Source of the DNA: Longimicrobiales bacterium
GTDB lineage: Bacteria; Gemmatimonadota; Gemmatimonadetes; Longimicrobiales; Gaopeijiaceae
Length of the DNA: 64,000 nt
Direction: 5' to 3'
Assembly: GCA_965202985.1 (NCBI GenBank)
Contig: CBDBCF010000002.1
Span: 160,001-224,000, forward strand
This document shows positions 54,868 through 64,000 of this stretch, piece by piece (the stretch's first letter is position 1; each line of letters begins with the position of its first letter). Both the position numbers and the translations under genes were made by a program. The notes beneath the pieces are model-generated. The model saw only the letters and a list, made by a program, of their open reading frames with translations, searched no databases and was not told the origin of the DNA.

Positions 54868-57120
54868 ATGCTGCGTGTCCTGGGGGCGGCGTTGTCCGCG
54901 GCAGTCCTGCCGGTAGCGGTCCTGCCGGCGGCCGTCTTGCCCGTGGCGACTTTGTCCGCGGCGGTCCTGCCGGCCGCGGCGGGGCTGGGTTCCGTCGTGG
55001 AACCGGCGGCCGCGCAGCAGGCGCAGGACGGGAGCGCGCACGCGGGATCGCAAGGGTTCGGCTTCGACGACGCGCTGAACTTGGTGGGCGTGTCGGCACC
55101 GAGGCTGTCCCCCGACGGCTCCCGGGTCCTCTTCGCGCGGGACGAACTGGACTGGGACAAGAACAAGCGCAACATCCGCATCTGGATCGTGGGTGCCGAC
55201 GGCTCCGGCGCGCGTCCCTTCACGGCCTCCACCGACGACCGCAACGCCGAGTGGTCGCCCGACGGTCGCTGGGTCGCGTTCACCCGCCCCGTGCAGCGAA
55301 AGGGCGACGAGACCGACGCCAAGCCGAGGCAGCTGTTCGTGATGCCGGCGGGAGGGGGCGAGCCCGCCCAGCTGACCCGCCATCCCACGTCGGTGGGGCG
55401 GTACGCCTGGACCCGCGACGGCGCGTCGATCTTCTTTCTGGCCCCCGACTCGCTGCCCGACGCCGCGGAGAAGGAGCGCAAGAACGGGGCCGACGCCGTG
55501 TTCGTGGACGAAGGTCCCAACGGCCAGACCCGCGGGTCGTGGAACGGGATCTGGAAGGTCGATCTGCCCGTGCGCGGCTCCGGGCTCGCCGCAGCCCCCG
55601 TGGACGCGGTGCGCGCGACGCCCCAAGGCCGGATCGCGAGCAGCTTCGCCGTCTCGCCGGACGGCAACCACTTGGCGTACGTGTTCCGCACCGAGAACCG
55701 CCGCAACGCGGGCCATCTGGGCGAGATCGCGCTGCGGCCGGCCAGGGGCCTGGACGGGGCGGTCGACATCGCCGAGGAGCGGCTGACCCGGAACGACGCC
55801 CCCGAGTCGCAGCTTGCGTGGTCGCCGGACGGCCGAAGGCTGGCGTTCGTCGCGCCGGACTTGGAGAGCTGGGAGCTGGATCAGGGCAACCTGTACGTGT
55901 ACGACGTGCCGTCGGGTCGGACGCGGCAGGTCCTGGCCGACTTCGAGGGCGACCTGCGGGACTTCCGCTGGCACCCGGGCGGGCGGGCCGTGGACTTCGT
56001 GGCCTTGGAGCGAACCGACGCCAACTTCTACCGGGTGGAGCTGGCGTCGGGCGAGGTCCGGCAGCTGACGCGGGAACCCGGCGTGGCGAGCGCGCCGTCG
56101 TGGGACCGCTTCCACCATGCCGCCGCCTTTGCCCACGCCTCTCCGACCGCGCCCGCCGACATCTGGCTGGCCCGCTTGGACGGCGGCGGCATGGTGCGGC
56201 TCACCGATGCCAACCCGGCGCTCGCGGGCAAGGACTTGGCGGACCCGGAGATCGTCCGCTGGAACAGCGCCGACGGCCTCGAGATCGAAGGTCTCCTCTA
56301 CCTGCCTCCGGGGCGCGGCGCGGCCGGCGAGGGAGGCCGAAGTCCGGACGCCGGGCAGCGTGGTCCGGGCGCCGCCGTGCTCCAGATTCACGGAGGGCCG
56401 GCTGGAGTCTTCACGCGGCGCTTCGACCCGGGCGCCCAAATCCTGGCGTCTCACGGGTACGCCGTGTTGCAGCCCAACGTGCGGGGGTCGTCGGGGTACG
56501 GCGACGCCCTGTTGCGCGGGAACATGAACGACATCGGCGGCGGGGACTACGAGGACCTCATGTCGGGCGTGGACGCCATGGTGGAGCGGGGCGTGGCCCA
56601 TCCCGACTCGCTGGCGGTGAAGGGATGGAGCTACGGCGGCATCCTCGGAGGCTGGACGATCACGCGGACGGATCGCTTCAAGGCCGCCAGCCTGGGGGCG
56701 ATGGTCGCCGACTGGCGGAGCGAGTTCGGCGCCGGGTTCAACTTCGACGTGGTGCGCTGGTACTTGGGCGGGGACCCGTGGTCGAACCGCGACTTCTGGA
56801 CCGACCGCTCGCCCTACACCCACTTGGACAAGGTGCGGACGCCGACGATCCTCTTTCACGGGGCGGCGGACCGCACCGACACCATGGAGCAGTCCATGAA
56901 CTTCTTCGCCGGCCTGCGCCACTTGGGCGTGGAGGCGCGGTTCGTGCTGTTCCCCAGGGAGGGCCACGGCATCCGGGAGCCCCGCCACCGGCGCACTCTG
57001 CTGACCGAGGAGATGCGCTGGCTGCAGGGCCACGTCCGAGGGCTGGAAGACTGGGAGCCCCCGCCGCGGCCGGCGGTTGCGGATTCGGCGGCGACGGCTC
57101 CTCGTCCCGTGTCGCCCTGA
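54868..57120 (+). CDS. S9 family peptidase (prolyl oligopeptidase/acylaminoacyl peptidase)
   Basis: PD40-like WSPDG repeats, IHGGP, PNVRGSSGYG, GWSYGG nucleophile, FPREGHG. Confidence 0.93.
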   Translation: MLRVLGAALSAAVLPVAVLPAAVLPVATLSAAVLPAAAGLGSVVEPAAAQQAQDGSAHAGSQGFGFDDALNLVGVSAPRLSPDGSRVLFARDELDWDKNKRNIRIWIVGADGSGARPFTASTDDRNAEWSPDGRWVAFTRPVQRKGDETDAKPRQLFVMPAGGGEPAQLTRHPTSVGRYAWTRDGASIFFLAPDSLPDAAEKERKNGADAVFVDEGPNGQTRGSWNGIWKVDLPVRGSGLAAAPVDAVRATPQGRIASSFAVSPDGNHLAYVFRTENRRNAGHLGEIALRPARGLDGAVDIAEERLTRNDAPESQLAWSPDGRRLAFVAPDLESWELDQGNLYVYDVPSGRTRQVLADFEGDLRDFRWHPGGRAVDFVALERTDANFYRVELASGEVRQLTREPGVASAPSWDRFHHAAAFAHASPTAPADIWLARLDGGGMVRLTDANPALAGKDLADPEIVRWNSADGLEIEGLLYLPPGRGAAGEGGRSPDAGQRGPGAAVLQIHGGPAGVFTRRFDPGAQILASHGYAVLQPNVRGSSGYGDALLRGNMNDIGGGDYEDLMSGVDAMVERGVAHPDSLAVKGWSYGGILGGWTITRTDRFKAASLGAMVADWRSEFGAGFNFDVVRWYLGGDPWSNRDFWTDRSPYTHLDKVRTPTILFHGAADRTDTMEQSMNFFAGLRHLGVEARFVLFPREGHGIREPRHRRTLLTEEMRWLQGHVRGLEDWEPPPRPAVADSAATAPRPVSP
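54898..54972 (+). repeat. 15-bp tandem repeat in the S9 signal region (AAVLP-type units)
   Basis: gcggcagtcctgccg / gtagcggtcctgccg / gcggccgtcttgccc / gtggcgactttgtcc / gcggcggtcctgccg. Confidence 0.75.
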
Positions 57121-57143
57121 AGCCGTCCCGTCCGGCGCAGCCC

Positions 57144-58457
57144 TTGGTTCCGCAAGAGCTGATCGCCCGCAAGCGCGACGGCGCCGTTCTTTCGCCGGGC
57201 GAACTCGGCGCCTTCCTGCAGGCCTACATGGACGGAGCGGTCGGCGACGATCAGATGGCGGCGTTCCTCATGGCCGTGTACTTCCAAGGGCTGTCCGCCG
57301 ACGAGCTGGACGCGCTGGTCGAGGCCATGATCCACTCGGGCCGGGTGCTGGAACGAGAAGGCGGCGGGGCGCCCCGTGTGGACAAGCACTCCACCGGCGG
57401 CGTGGGAGACAAGGTCTCGCTGGCGCTGGCGCCGTTGGCCGCCGAAATGGGCATGGTGGTGCCGATGATGTCGGGGCGGGGCCTGGGGCACACCGGCGGC
57501 ACCCTGGACAAGCTCGAAGCCGTCCCCGGCTTTCGCACCCGCATCTCGCTGGAGGAGTTCGACCGGGTTCTGGCCGGCGTGGGGTGCGCCATGATCGGCC
57601 AGACGGACGAGATCGCGCCCCTGGACCGGCGCCTCTACGCCCTGCGCGACGTGACGGCCACGGTGCCCTCGCTGCCGCTGATCACGGCGTCGATCATGTC
57701 CAAGAAGCTGGCCGAGGGGCTGGACGCGCTAGTGCTGGACGTGAAGGTGGGGCAGGGGGCCTTCCTGCCCGAGATCGACCAAGCGCGGGAGCTGGCTCGC
57801 GCCATGGTGCGAGCCGGGACGGCCAGGGGCTTGGCGGTGACCGCGTTGCTGACGGCCATGGACCAGCCGCTGGGGCGGGCCGTGGGACACGCCCTCGAGG
57901 TGGACGAGGCCGTGGCGTGCCTGTCCGGACGCGGCCCCGACGACTTTCGGTCGCTCGTCGTGGAGCTGGCCGCGGAGATGGCCGTGGCGGGAAGCGTCGC
58001 CGCCGGCTTGGACGAGGGTCGCGCCGCCGCGACGGTGGCCCTGGACGAGGGCGGTGCCCTGGAGCGGTTCGGCCGTCTGGTCGCGGCCCAAGGCGGAGAC
58101 GCCGGCTTCCTGGCCCGCGGCGAAGCGCTGGCGGAGGCGCCGCGCCGAACGGTGGTGGAGGCGGAGCGGGACGGCTTCGTTGCCGAGATCGAACCGAAGG
58201 CGCTGGGCTACGGACTGGTCGCGATGGGCGGCGGCCGGACGCGCCAAGACGAGGAGATCGACCACCGCGTGGGGTTCGAACTGGAAGCCAAGGCGGGCGA
58301 CGCCGTTGCGCGTGGTCGGCCGCTGGCGGTGGTCCACGGGGCGGACTCGGCCGGTCTGGCCGCCGGCGTCGACGCCGTCAGGAAGGCGGTTCGCATCTCC
58401 GAGGAGGCCCCCGTCCCAAGCCCGCTGCCACTGCTGATTGAGCGCGTGAGCGCGTGA
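57144..58457 (+). CDS. deoA: Thymidine/pyrimidine-nucleoside phosphorylase
   Basis: LIARKRDG, DKHSTGGVGDK, SGRGLGHTGGTLDKLE, ASIMSKKLAEG, LDVKVGQGAF. The TTG start is uncertain. Confidence 0.92.
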   Translation: MVPQELIARKRDGAVLSPGELGAFLQAYMDGAVGDDQMAAFLMAVYFQGLSADELDALVEAMIHSGRVLEREGGGAPRVDKHSTGGVGDKVSLALAPLAAEMGMVVPMMSGRGLGHTGGTLDKLEAVPGFRTRISLEEFDRVLAGVGCAMIGQTDEIAPLDRRLYALRDVTATVPSLPLITASIMSKKLAEGLDALVLDVKVGQGAFLPEIDQARELARAMVRAGTARGLAVTALLTAMDQPLGRAVGHALEVDEAVACLSGRGPDDFRSLVVELAAEMAVAGSVAAGLDEGRAAATVALDEGGALERFGRLVAAQGGDAGFLARGEALAEAPRRTVVEAERDGFVAEIEPKALGYGLVAMGGGRTRQDEEIDHRVGFELEAKAGDAVARGRPLAVVHGADSAGLAAGVDAVRKAVRISEEAPVPSPLPLLIERVSA

Positions 58458-58500
58458 CGGCGGGCGCCCCGGCTCCGGTCCGGCTCCGGGTGGTCCCCGG

Positions 58501-58743
58501 TCAGACCGACCGGGTCGTGTAGCCGATCCCTTCCTGGTCCAGCGCCTCGGCCAGCGCGCCGGCGTGCGCTTCGGGGGTGCGCAGCGCCAAGCCGCACTGT
58601 GCGCCGTCGCCTGGAGGCGCGGGGACGACTTCCGCGGGGATGTCCAGCTCCTGGGCCACGTCTTCCGCCCACATGGCGTGGTGCGTGGTGGAGAAGACGA
58701 AGGTGCGGGTCCGGGCGGGCGGACGTTCGTCGGGAGCGGACAT
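58501..58743 (-). CDS. DUF3343 family small protein
   Basis: FSTTHHAMWAE...VVPAP...CGLALR. Confidence 0.8.
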   Translation of the reverse strand: MSAPDERPPARTRTFVFSTTHHAMWAEDVAQELDIPAEVVPAPPGDGAQCGLALRTPEAHAGALAEALDQEGIGYTTRSV

Positions 58744-58763
58744 GGCCGAGAGGGCGGAGGGGA

Positions 58764-61004
58764 TCAGGGGCGCGGGCGACCGGCCACCGGGCGGGCCTCG
58801 CGGTCGCACGGCGCGGTGGGCTCGGTCCCCGGCAGGTAGAGCTCGTCGTAGGCGTCTTCGTCGGGGCACCAGCGAGAGGCCACCAGCCCGGTCTTCGAGT
58901 CCACGCGGAGCGAGACCAATCCGTCCGGCACCGGCCAGCGCACCGGAACCGGCAACAGCGGGCGACGAGGGCGCGCGATCTCGGCCACGTCGGTCGTGCC
59001 GGCCCCTTCGTCCGCCGTCTCGCCGCCGGGTTCGGGCAAGTCGTCGTAGTAGACGCGGCGCATGAACTCTCCCCAGACGGGGGCCGCGAACCCGCCCCCG
59101 GTGGCGCGCTCCACGATCGAGACGGGTTCGTCCATGCCGAACCACGCGGCGGCCGCCAAGTCCGGCGTGAAGCCGATGAACCAGACGTTGCCGCCCTCGT
59201 TGGTGGTGCCCGTCTTGCCGGCGGCGGGCACCTCGCGTGGCAGCCCGGCCACCAAGCGGACCCCCGTGAAACCCGTGCCTTGGACCACCACGTCTTCCAG
59301 CAACGACACCGCAAGCCGCGCCACCAGGGGGTCCAGCTCCCTCGTGCTCTCGGGCTTGGGCTCCCACAGCACCTCGCCGCCCGAACCCTCGACCCGTGCG
59401 ATGGGGAAGGGGCGAACCCGCGTGCCCATGTTGGCCAGCGTGGAGTACACCTCCAGCATCTGGATCGGGATCACCTCGGCCGCGCCGATCGCCGACGACG
59501 GGTAGCGCTCCACCTCGGTGGCGATCCCCAGTCGCCGCGCCATCTGTCCCACCGACTCCAGCCCCACGCGCTGCCCCAGCCGGATCGCCACCATGTTGAT
59601 CGAGCGGCGCAGGCCGTGGCGGATCGTGATCGGTCCCAGGAACTCCGGCTCGTAGTTGGTGGGCCGCCACACCGTCCCGTCGATCTGGTCGATCACGACG
59701 GGTGCATCCAACTCGATCTGCGACGCCGGAACGCCGCTCTCCAGCGCCGCCGCGTAGACGATCGGCTTGAACGACGAACCGGCCTGGCGGAGCGCCTGGG
59801 TGACCCGGTCGAACTTGGAGTGGTTGTAGTCCCGGCCTCCCACCAGCGCCCGCACCCGGCCGGTGCGCGGGTCGGATGCCACGAACATGCCCTGCACGTA
59901 CGGGATGTTCCGGAAGTTCACGCCCTGCGCCGTGTCGGCGAACTCCTGGTACGTGACGTGGTCGTACCCGGGCCACGCCTCGATCCGGTCCCAGCCGTTC
60001 GTCATCGCCGCTTGGGCCGCCGCCTGCATGTCCAAGTCGAGCGTCGTGTGGATCGTCAGTCCGGCCGTGTACAGCTTGCTGCCGAAGCGGTCGTCCAAGA
60101 TGCGCCGGACCCATTCCACGAAGTACGGCGCCTGCTGCTCCACGGCGCGCGCGCGCTCCAGCGGCACCGGCTCCTGCTTCCAGCGGGCGGCTTCGTCGGC
60201 GGTCAAGTAGCCTTGGCGCGCCATCAGGTCCAGAACCAGGTTCCGTCGTCGCACCGCGGCGTCCGGGTGGCGAAGCGGCGTGTAGTGCTCGGGCAAGTTG
60301 GCGATCGCGGCCAAGAGGGCGCCCTCGGCCGGGTTCATGTCGATGGCGTTCTTGCCGAAATAGTTCTCTGCGGCAGTCTGAAGTCCGTACCAGCCATGGG
60401 CATAGCCGATTTGGTTCATGTAAGCCTCGAGGATTTCGTCCTTGGAGTACGCCCGCTCCAAGGCCGTGGCGACCTGCCACTCCTTGAGCTTCCGAAGAAC
60501 CCGCTTCTCGAAGCCCAGCCGCTCCGTCCACATGTTCCGCGCCAGCTGCTGCGTGATCGTGCTGCCGCCGCCCCCCGAGAACGACCGCGTCCGGATCACG
60601 CCCAGCACCGCCCGCGCGATCCCCCGATAGTCCAGCCCGCGGTGCTGGTAGAACCGCTTGTCCTCGATGGCGATGAACGCCTGCGGCACGTGGGTGGGGA
60701 GGCTCGCGATCGCCACCAGCGTGCGGCGTTCGGTGCCGAGCTCGGTCACCAGCCGACCGTCGCGGGCGTAGATCTTGCTGGCTTGGCGCGGCTGGTAGGT
60801 GTGGATGCGGGCGATCGACGGGCAGTCCGTGCACAGATTCCGCCACGCCCCCGCCGCCAGTCCCGCGCCGCCCGCGACAAGAAACACCAGGACGAACCAC
60901 GCGGCGGCGGGAATCCGCAGTCGCCAGCGACGGGTCCCGCCCCGGTCGCTCTGGGCTCCGCGCCTGCGGCTCCGGCGGCTCCGCAGGTTCGCGAAAGGCT
61001 TCAT
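58764..61004 (-). CDS. Class A penicillin-binding protein (PBP1A family)
   Basis: Transglycosylase motifs EDKRFYQH, GGSTITQQLARN and RKLKE. Transpeptidase motifs SSFK, SIN and KTGT. Confidence 0.95.
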   Translation of the reverse strand: MKPFANLRSRRSRRRGAQSDRGGTRRWRLRIPAAAWFVLVFLVAGGAGLAAGAWRNLCTDCPSIARIHTYQPRQASKIYARDGRLVTELGTERRTLVAIASLPTHVPQAFIAIEDKRFYQHRGLDYRGIARAVLGVIRTRSFSGGGGSTITQQLARNMWTERLGFEKRVLRKLKEWQVATALERAYSKDEILEAYMNQIGYAHGWYGLQTAAENYFGKNAIDMNPAEGALLAAIANLPEHYTPLRHPDAAVRRRNLVLDLMARQGYLTADEAARWKQEPVPLERARAVEQQAPYFVEWVRRILDDRFGSKLYTAGLTIHTTLDLDMQAAAQAAMTNGWDRIEAWPGYDHVTYQEFADTAQGVNFRNIPYVQGMFVASDPRTGRVRALVGGRDYNHSKFDRVTQALRQAGSSFKPIVYAAALESGVPASQIELDAPVVIDQIDGTVWRPTNYEPEFLGPITIRHGLRRSINMVAIRLGQRVGLESVGQMARRLGIATEVERYPSSAIGAAEVIPIQMLEVYSTLANMGTRVRPFPIARVEGSGGEVLWEPKPESTRELDPLVARLAVSLLEDVVVQGTGFTGVRLVAGLPREVPAAGKTGTTNEGGNVWFIGFTPDLAAAAWFGMDEPVSIVERATGGGFAAPVWGEFMRRVYYDDLPEPGGETADEGAGTTDVAEIARPRRPLLPVPVRWPVPDGLVSLRVDSKTGLVASRWCPDEDAYDELYLPGTEPTAPCDREARPVAGRPRP

Positions 61005-61190
61005 TCGGTTCTCCCTGGTCGCGTCGGTTGCCGCTGCGGTTTCCTCGGGGACGCCCCGGCCCTCCAAACAAGTTACCACCAACGGGGCTGCGGGCGGCCC
61101 GATCTACGCTTGCGGGCGGTCATGGAGCGGGAGCTGGCGGCAGCGGCGGGTTGACCGAACGAAGACCGCATCGCTAACAATTGTGACGTT

Positions 61191-61357
61191 CGGCAGAGTA
61201 CTCGGGGTCCGCACTCGAAGAACCCCAGACGAAGAAGGAAGGCGCAGTGACGGAACGCCCGACATGTTCACGTGGCATGGGGCTCCGCCTTCTTCGCGCT
61301 TACGTTGCTTTGGGTGTTCGCCTAACTCGGAGCTAGTGGCCAAGTCCCCGGCTGCCT
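61191..61357. ncRNA. Candidate long-hairpin structured RNA (6S-like shape; unverified)
   Basis: Nested complementary blocks ggcag/ctgcc, cgggg/ccccg, cact/agtg, gaacccca~tgggtgttc and cgaagaagg/ccttcttcg in a 400-bp intergenic region. Confidence 0.3.
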
Positions 61358-61403
61358 CCCGGGAACCTGGAGCAGAGATAGGGAGACTACCCCAGTTAGA
61401 ACG

Positions 61404-62639
61404 ATGAACGTTTGGCGGTCCCTGTTCGCATCCGCGGTGCCGACAACCTGCTGGGTTCTGGCTTCGTGCGCCGCGCAGACGCCTGGGCAGCAATGGGTGG
61501 AGGCTGCCGACCCGGCGCTCGAAGCGATGGCGACGCGGTTGCTCCCGGAGGTCTCTCGTCGCTCGGGGATGCCGATCCGCCGGCCCGTGCACGTGGCCCT
61601 TCGCAGCCGCGACGCTCTGGAAACCTACTTGCGCGCCAAGCTGGCCGAGGACCTTCCGCCGCAGGAAGCCGAACGGGTCGTCGCGGCCTACTCGCTGCTG
61701 GGCTTGGTGGAACCGGACCTGGACCTCGAATCCGTGCTGCTGTCGGTCTACCTGGAGCAGGTCGTGGGCTTCTACGAGCCCGACTCGCTCGCGCTCTTCG
61801 TCGTGGAAGGCCAGGACGACGCCGTCTTGGAGCCGGTTCTGGTCCACGAACTGGTGCACGCTCTGCAGGACCAGTACCGCAACCTGGACTCCCTGACGGC
61901 CCGCGAGCGCGGCAACGACGCTCGCACGGCGGCCCAGGCGGCGTTGGAGGGCCACGCCACCCTGGTCATGATGGAGTGGGCCATGAGCCGCAGCGCGGGC
62001 GGCGACGTGGACTTGACAAGCCTTCCCGGCCTGGACGCCGGCTTGGAGGCCGTTCTGGGGGCCGCGGAGTCAGACTTTCCCCGGTTGTCGGAAGCTCCTC
62101 GGGTGGTGCGCGAAGGGCTGCTGTACCCCTACGTCGAAGGCGCGCGTTTCGCCGCTGCGGTCCGGCGCGCCACCGGAGAGCGTGCATCGGCGCTGGGTCG
62201 CCACCTGCCCCAATCCACGGAGCAGGTGTCCGATCCGGCGCGCCTCCTGGGGTCGCCGACCGACGCACCCGTACGCCTCGTGTTCGGGGGCGAGAACCGG
62301 CCCGTCTTCCAGGACAACCTGGGTCGGCTGGAGCTGGGCATCCTGCTGGCAGAGCGGGGTGGGGGCGCCCGCGTTGCCGACCTGGCCACCGGGTGGGCCG
62401 GGGACCAGTACGCGCTGTACGGCGCCCCGGGCGCGTGGTCGCTTCGCTGGGTGGTGCTGTGGGACGACGAGGCCGAGCGCGACGCCTTCTTGCGGTGGGC
62501 GGCGGCGGGCGGCGCGCCTCCGGGTGCCCAGGCGGGTCCGGTGGAGGTGGAAGGCTGGCCGGGGGCCGAGCTGGTCGTCGGGCGTCCGCCTCCGGGCGCG
62601 GTCCAGATACGGGCGGCGGCCCAGGGAGACGGCGGCTGA
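61404..62639 (+). CDS. Putative zincin metallopeptidase lipoprotein
   Basis: LASC lipobox-like motif, VGFYEP, HELVHALQDQ (HExxH), ALEGHAT, YPYVEG, PQSTEQV. Confidence 0.8.
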   Translation: MNVWRSLFASAVPTTCWVLASCAAQTPGQQWVEAADPALEAMATRLLPEVSRRSGMPIRRPVHVALRSRDALETYLRAKLAEDLPPQEAERVVAAYSLLGLVEPDLDLESVLLSVYLEQVVGFYEPDSLALFVVEGQDDAVLEPVLVHELVHALQDQYRNLDSLTARERGNDARTAAQAALEGHATLVMMEWAMSRSAGGDVDLTSLPGLDAGLEAVLGAAESDFPRLSEAPRVVREGLLYPYVEGARFAAAVRRATGERASALGRHLPQSTEQVSDPARLLGSPTDAPVRLVFGGENRPVFQDNLGRLELGILLAERGGGARVADLATGWAGDQYALYGAPGAWSLRWVVLWDDEAERDAFLRWAAAGGAPPGAQAGPVEVEGWPGAELVVGRPPPGAVQIRAAAQGDGG

Positions 62640-62650
62640 GCGTCGGCGTT

Positions 62651-63781
62651 GTGGTCCGCGTCTCGTCGGCGTCGGGCGGCTACGATGTGCACATCGGGCG
62701 GGGCGTGCGACGGCAGCTGCCCGACTTGGCCGGCGCGGCGGCACCGTCGGGCCAGTGCGCCGTGCTGTCGGACGACCAGGTCTTTGCGCACTGGGGCGCT
62801 CGCGCGGTTCGACTTCTGGAGGAAGGGGGGCTGGACGTGGTCTCGGCTACCTTTCCCGAAGGCGAGGCGTCCAAGACGCGGGACACCTGGGCCGCGCTGA
62901 CCGACGCCTTGTTGGAGGCGGGCCTGGGCCGCGACTGCGCCGTGGTGGCCCTGGGCGGGGGCGTGACGGGAGACGTGGCGGGGTTCGTGGCCGCCACCTA
63001 CCTGCGCGGCGTTCCGTTCGTCCAAGTCCCGACCACCACCTTGGCGATGATCGACGCCTCGGTCGGCGCCAAGACCGGCGTGGACCACCCCGCCGGCAAG
63101 AACCTCGTCGGCGCCTTCCATGCGCCCCGCGCCGTAGTGGCCGACACCGAGTTCCTGGACACGCTGGCGCCGGAACGACGGGCCGAAGGCTTCGCCGAAG
63201 CCGTCAAGCACGGGGCGGTCCTGGACGCGACCTACGCCGAGTGGCTGGCCGGCCGGGCCAACGAGCTGCTGGCCTGCGCACCCGCCGTCGTGGAGCGCGC
63301 GGTGGTCCGTTCCGTCGAGTTGAAGGCCGGCGTCGCGTCCGCCGACGAGTTCGAAGCCGGGCGTCGCCAAATCCTCAACTTCGGCCACACGGTGGGCCAC
63401 GCCCTGGAAGCCGCCTCCGGCTACGCCCTGCCGCACGGTCGAGCCGTCTCCGCCGGCATGGTGGCGGAAGCCCGGATGGGAGAGGCGCTGGGGGTAACCG
63501 CTCCGGGGACGGCGGCCCGAATCCGATCGATGGTCCGCGCGTTCGGCCTGCCGGACGAGCCCGACCAGGGCGCGAGCCCGCAGGCGCTGGCCGCGCTGAT
63601 GACCCGAGACAAGAAAGTGCGGGACGGAGTTGTCCATGTCGTGCTTCTGCAAGAACTGGGAACAGTGGCCGCGAACGCCACCGCATGGGCCCATCCCGTG
63701 CCGGTTCGCGAACTCGTTCCGCTCTTGGCGAATGCGCTTCGGCCGGGAAGGCTTGCGCCCCGCGAAGCCGGTCGGGTTTGA
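62651..63781 (+). CDS. aroB: 3-dehydroquinate synthase
   Basis: GEASKT, ALGGGVTGD, PTTTLAMIDASVGAKTG, KNLVGAFH, LNFGHTVGHALE, HGRAV. The start could be CTG 62636. Confidence 0.95.
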   Translation: MVRVSSASGGYDVHIGRGVRRQLPDLAGAAAPSGQCAVLSDDQVFAHWGARAVRLLEEGGLDVVSATFPEGEASKTRDTWAALTDALLEAGLGRDCAVVALGGGVTGDVAGFVAATYLRGVPFVQVPTTTLAMIDASVGAKTGVDHPAGKNLVGAFHAPRAVVADTEFLDTLAPERRAEGFAEAVKHGAVLDATYAEWLAGRANELLACAPAVVERAVVRSVELKAGVASADEFEAGRRQILNFGHTVGHALEAASGYALPHGRAVSAGMVAEARMGEALGVTAPGTAARIRSMVRAFGLPDEPDQGASPQALAALMTRDKKVRDGVVHVVLLQELGTVAANATAWAHPVPVRELVPLLANALRPGRLAPREAGRV

Positions 63782-63841
63782 CGCAGCGTTCTCCCGACGC
63801 GAAATTCCACGTTACGCCCCGTCACGACGGCCGGAGGGCAA

Positions 63842-64000
63842 ATGGCGCCACGAGAGCGCGCGCCGGACCTTACAATCTCGACCGTTCTAGCACGCCGTGC
63901 CGCGGAGGAGCCCAGCCCGGCGTTCCTTCTGTCGGACGGCGATGCTCTGTCGTACGCCGAAGCCGAAGCGCAAGCGACCGCGATCGCCGCGGCCCTGGCG
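63842..64000 (+). CDS. AMP-binding enzyme (acyl-CoA ligase), N-terminus only
   Basis: GGAGG RBS. MAPRERAPDLTISTVLARRAAEEPSPAFLLSDGDALSYAEAEAQATAIAAAL resembles adenylate-forming enzyme N-termini. Truncated by the window edge. Confidence 0.6.
   Translation, partial: MAPRERAPDLTISTVLARRAAEEPSPAFLLSDGDALSYAEAEAQATAIAAALA

Noticed and set aside
61191..61357. SRP RNA
   Set aside because: GAAGGAAG is present, but the SRP helix-8 context (CAGG-N-CCGGAAGG-AAGCAG) is not.

Overview
High-GC bacterial chromosomal window. The housekeeping gene set and style suggest Gemmatimonadota or a similar lineage; this is inference only. Left third (1-26166, mostly minus strand): a ~26 kb defence island. In transcription order it holds a 37-aa remnant plus three near-identical tandem AAA-ATPase/PD-(D/E)XK genes, a DrmD-like SNF2 helicase, a large type IIG/Eco57I-like N6-adenine methyltransferase, a Schlafen/AlbA_2-HATPase-TPR protein, an IetAS-like AAA+/subtilase pair, orphan HicB and Panacea antitoxins, and a DEAH-box/DUF1998 helicase that runs off the window. 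Centre: a paa-like acyl-CoA catabolic operon (minus) diverges from nfeD-floA (plus). The third gene of the nfeD-floA operon appears fused in frame to a foreign protein that is translationally coupled to a second DruE-like DEAH/DUF1998 helicase. Right part: aconitase, tRNA-Leu(CAA), hicAB with a palindromic operator, a TonB-receptor module with a frameshifted lipoprotein, a serine hydrolase, DUF411, citrate synthase, S9 peptidase, thymidine phosphorylase, PBP1A, a candidate structured RNA, a zincin, aroB and the start of an AMP-binding enzyme. Family names come from motif recognition by eye; no searches were run. The most notable items are the flotillin-operon/Druantia-like fusion, the non-canonical DISARM-like operon with nested cargo, and the mosaic AAA-nuclease tandem array.
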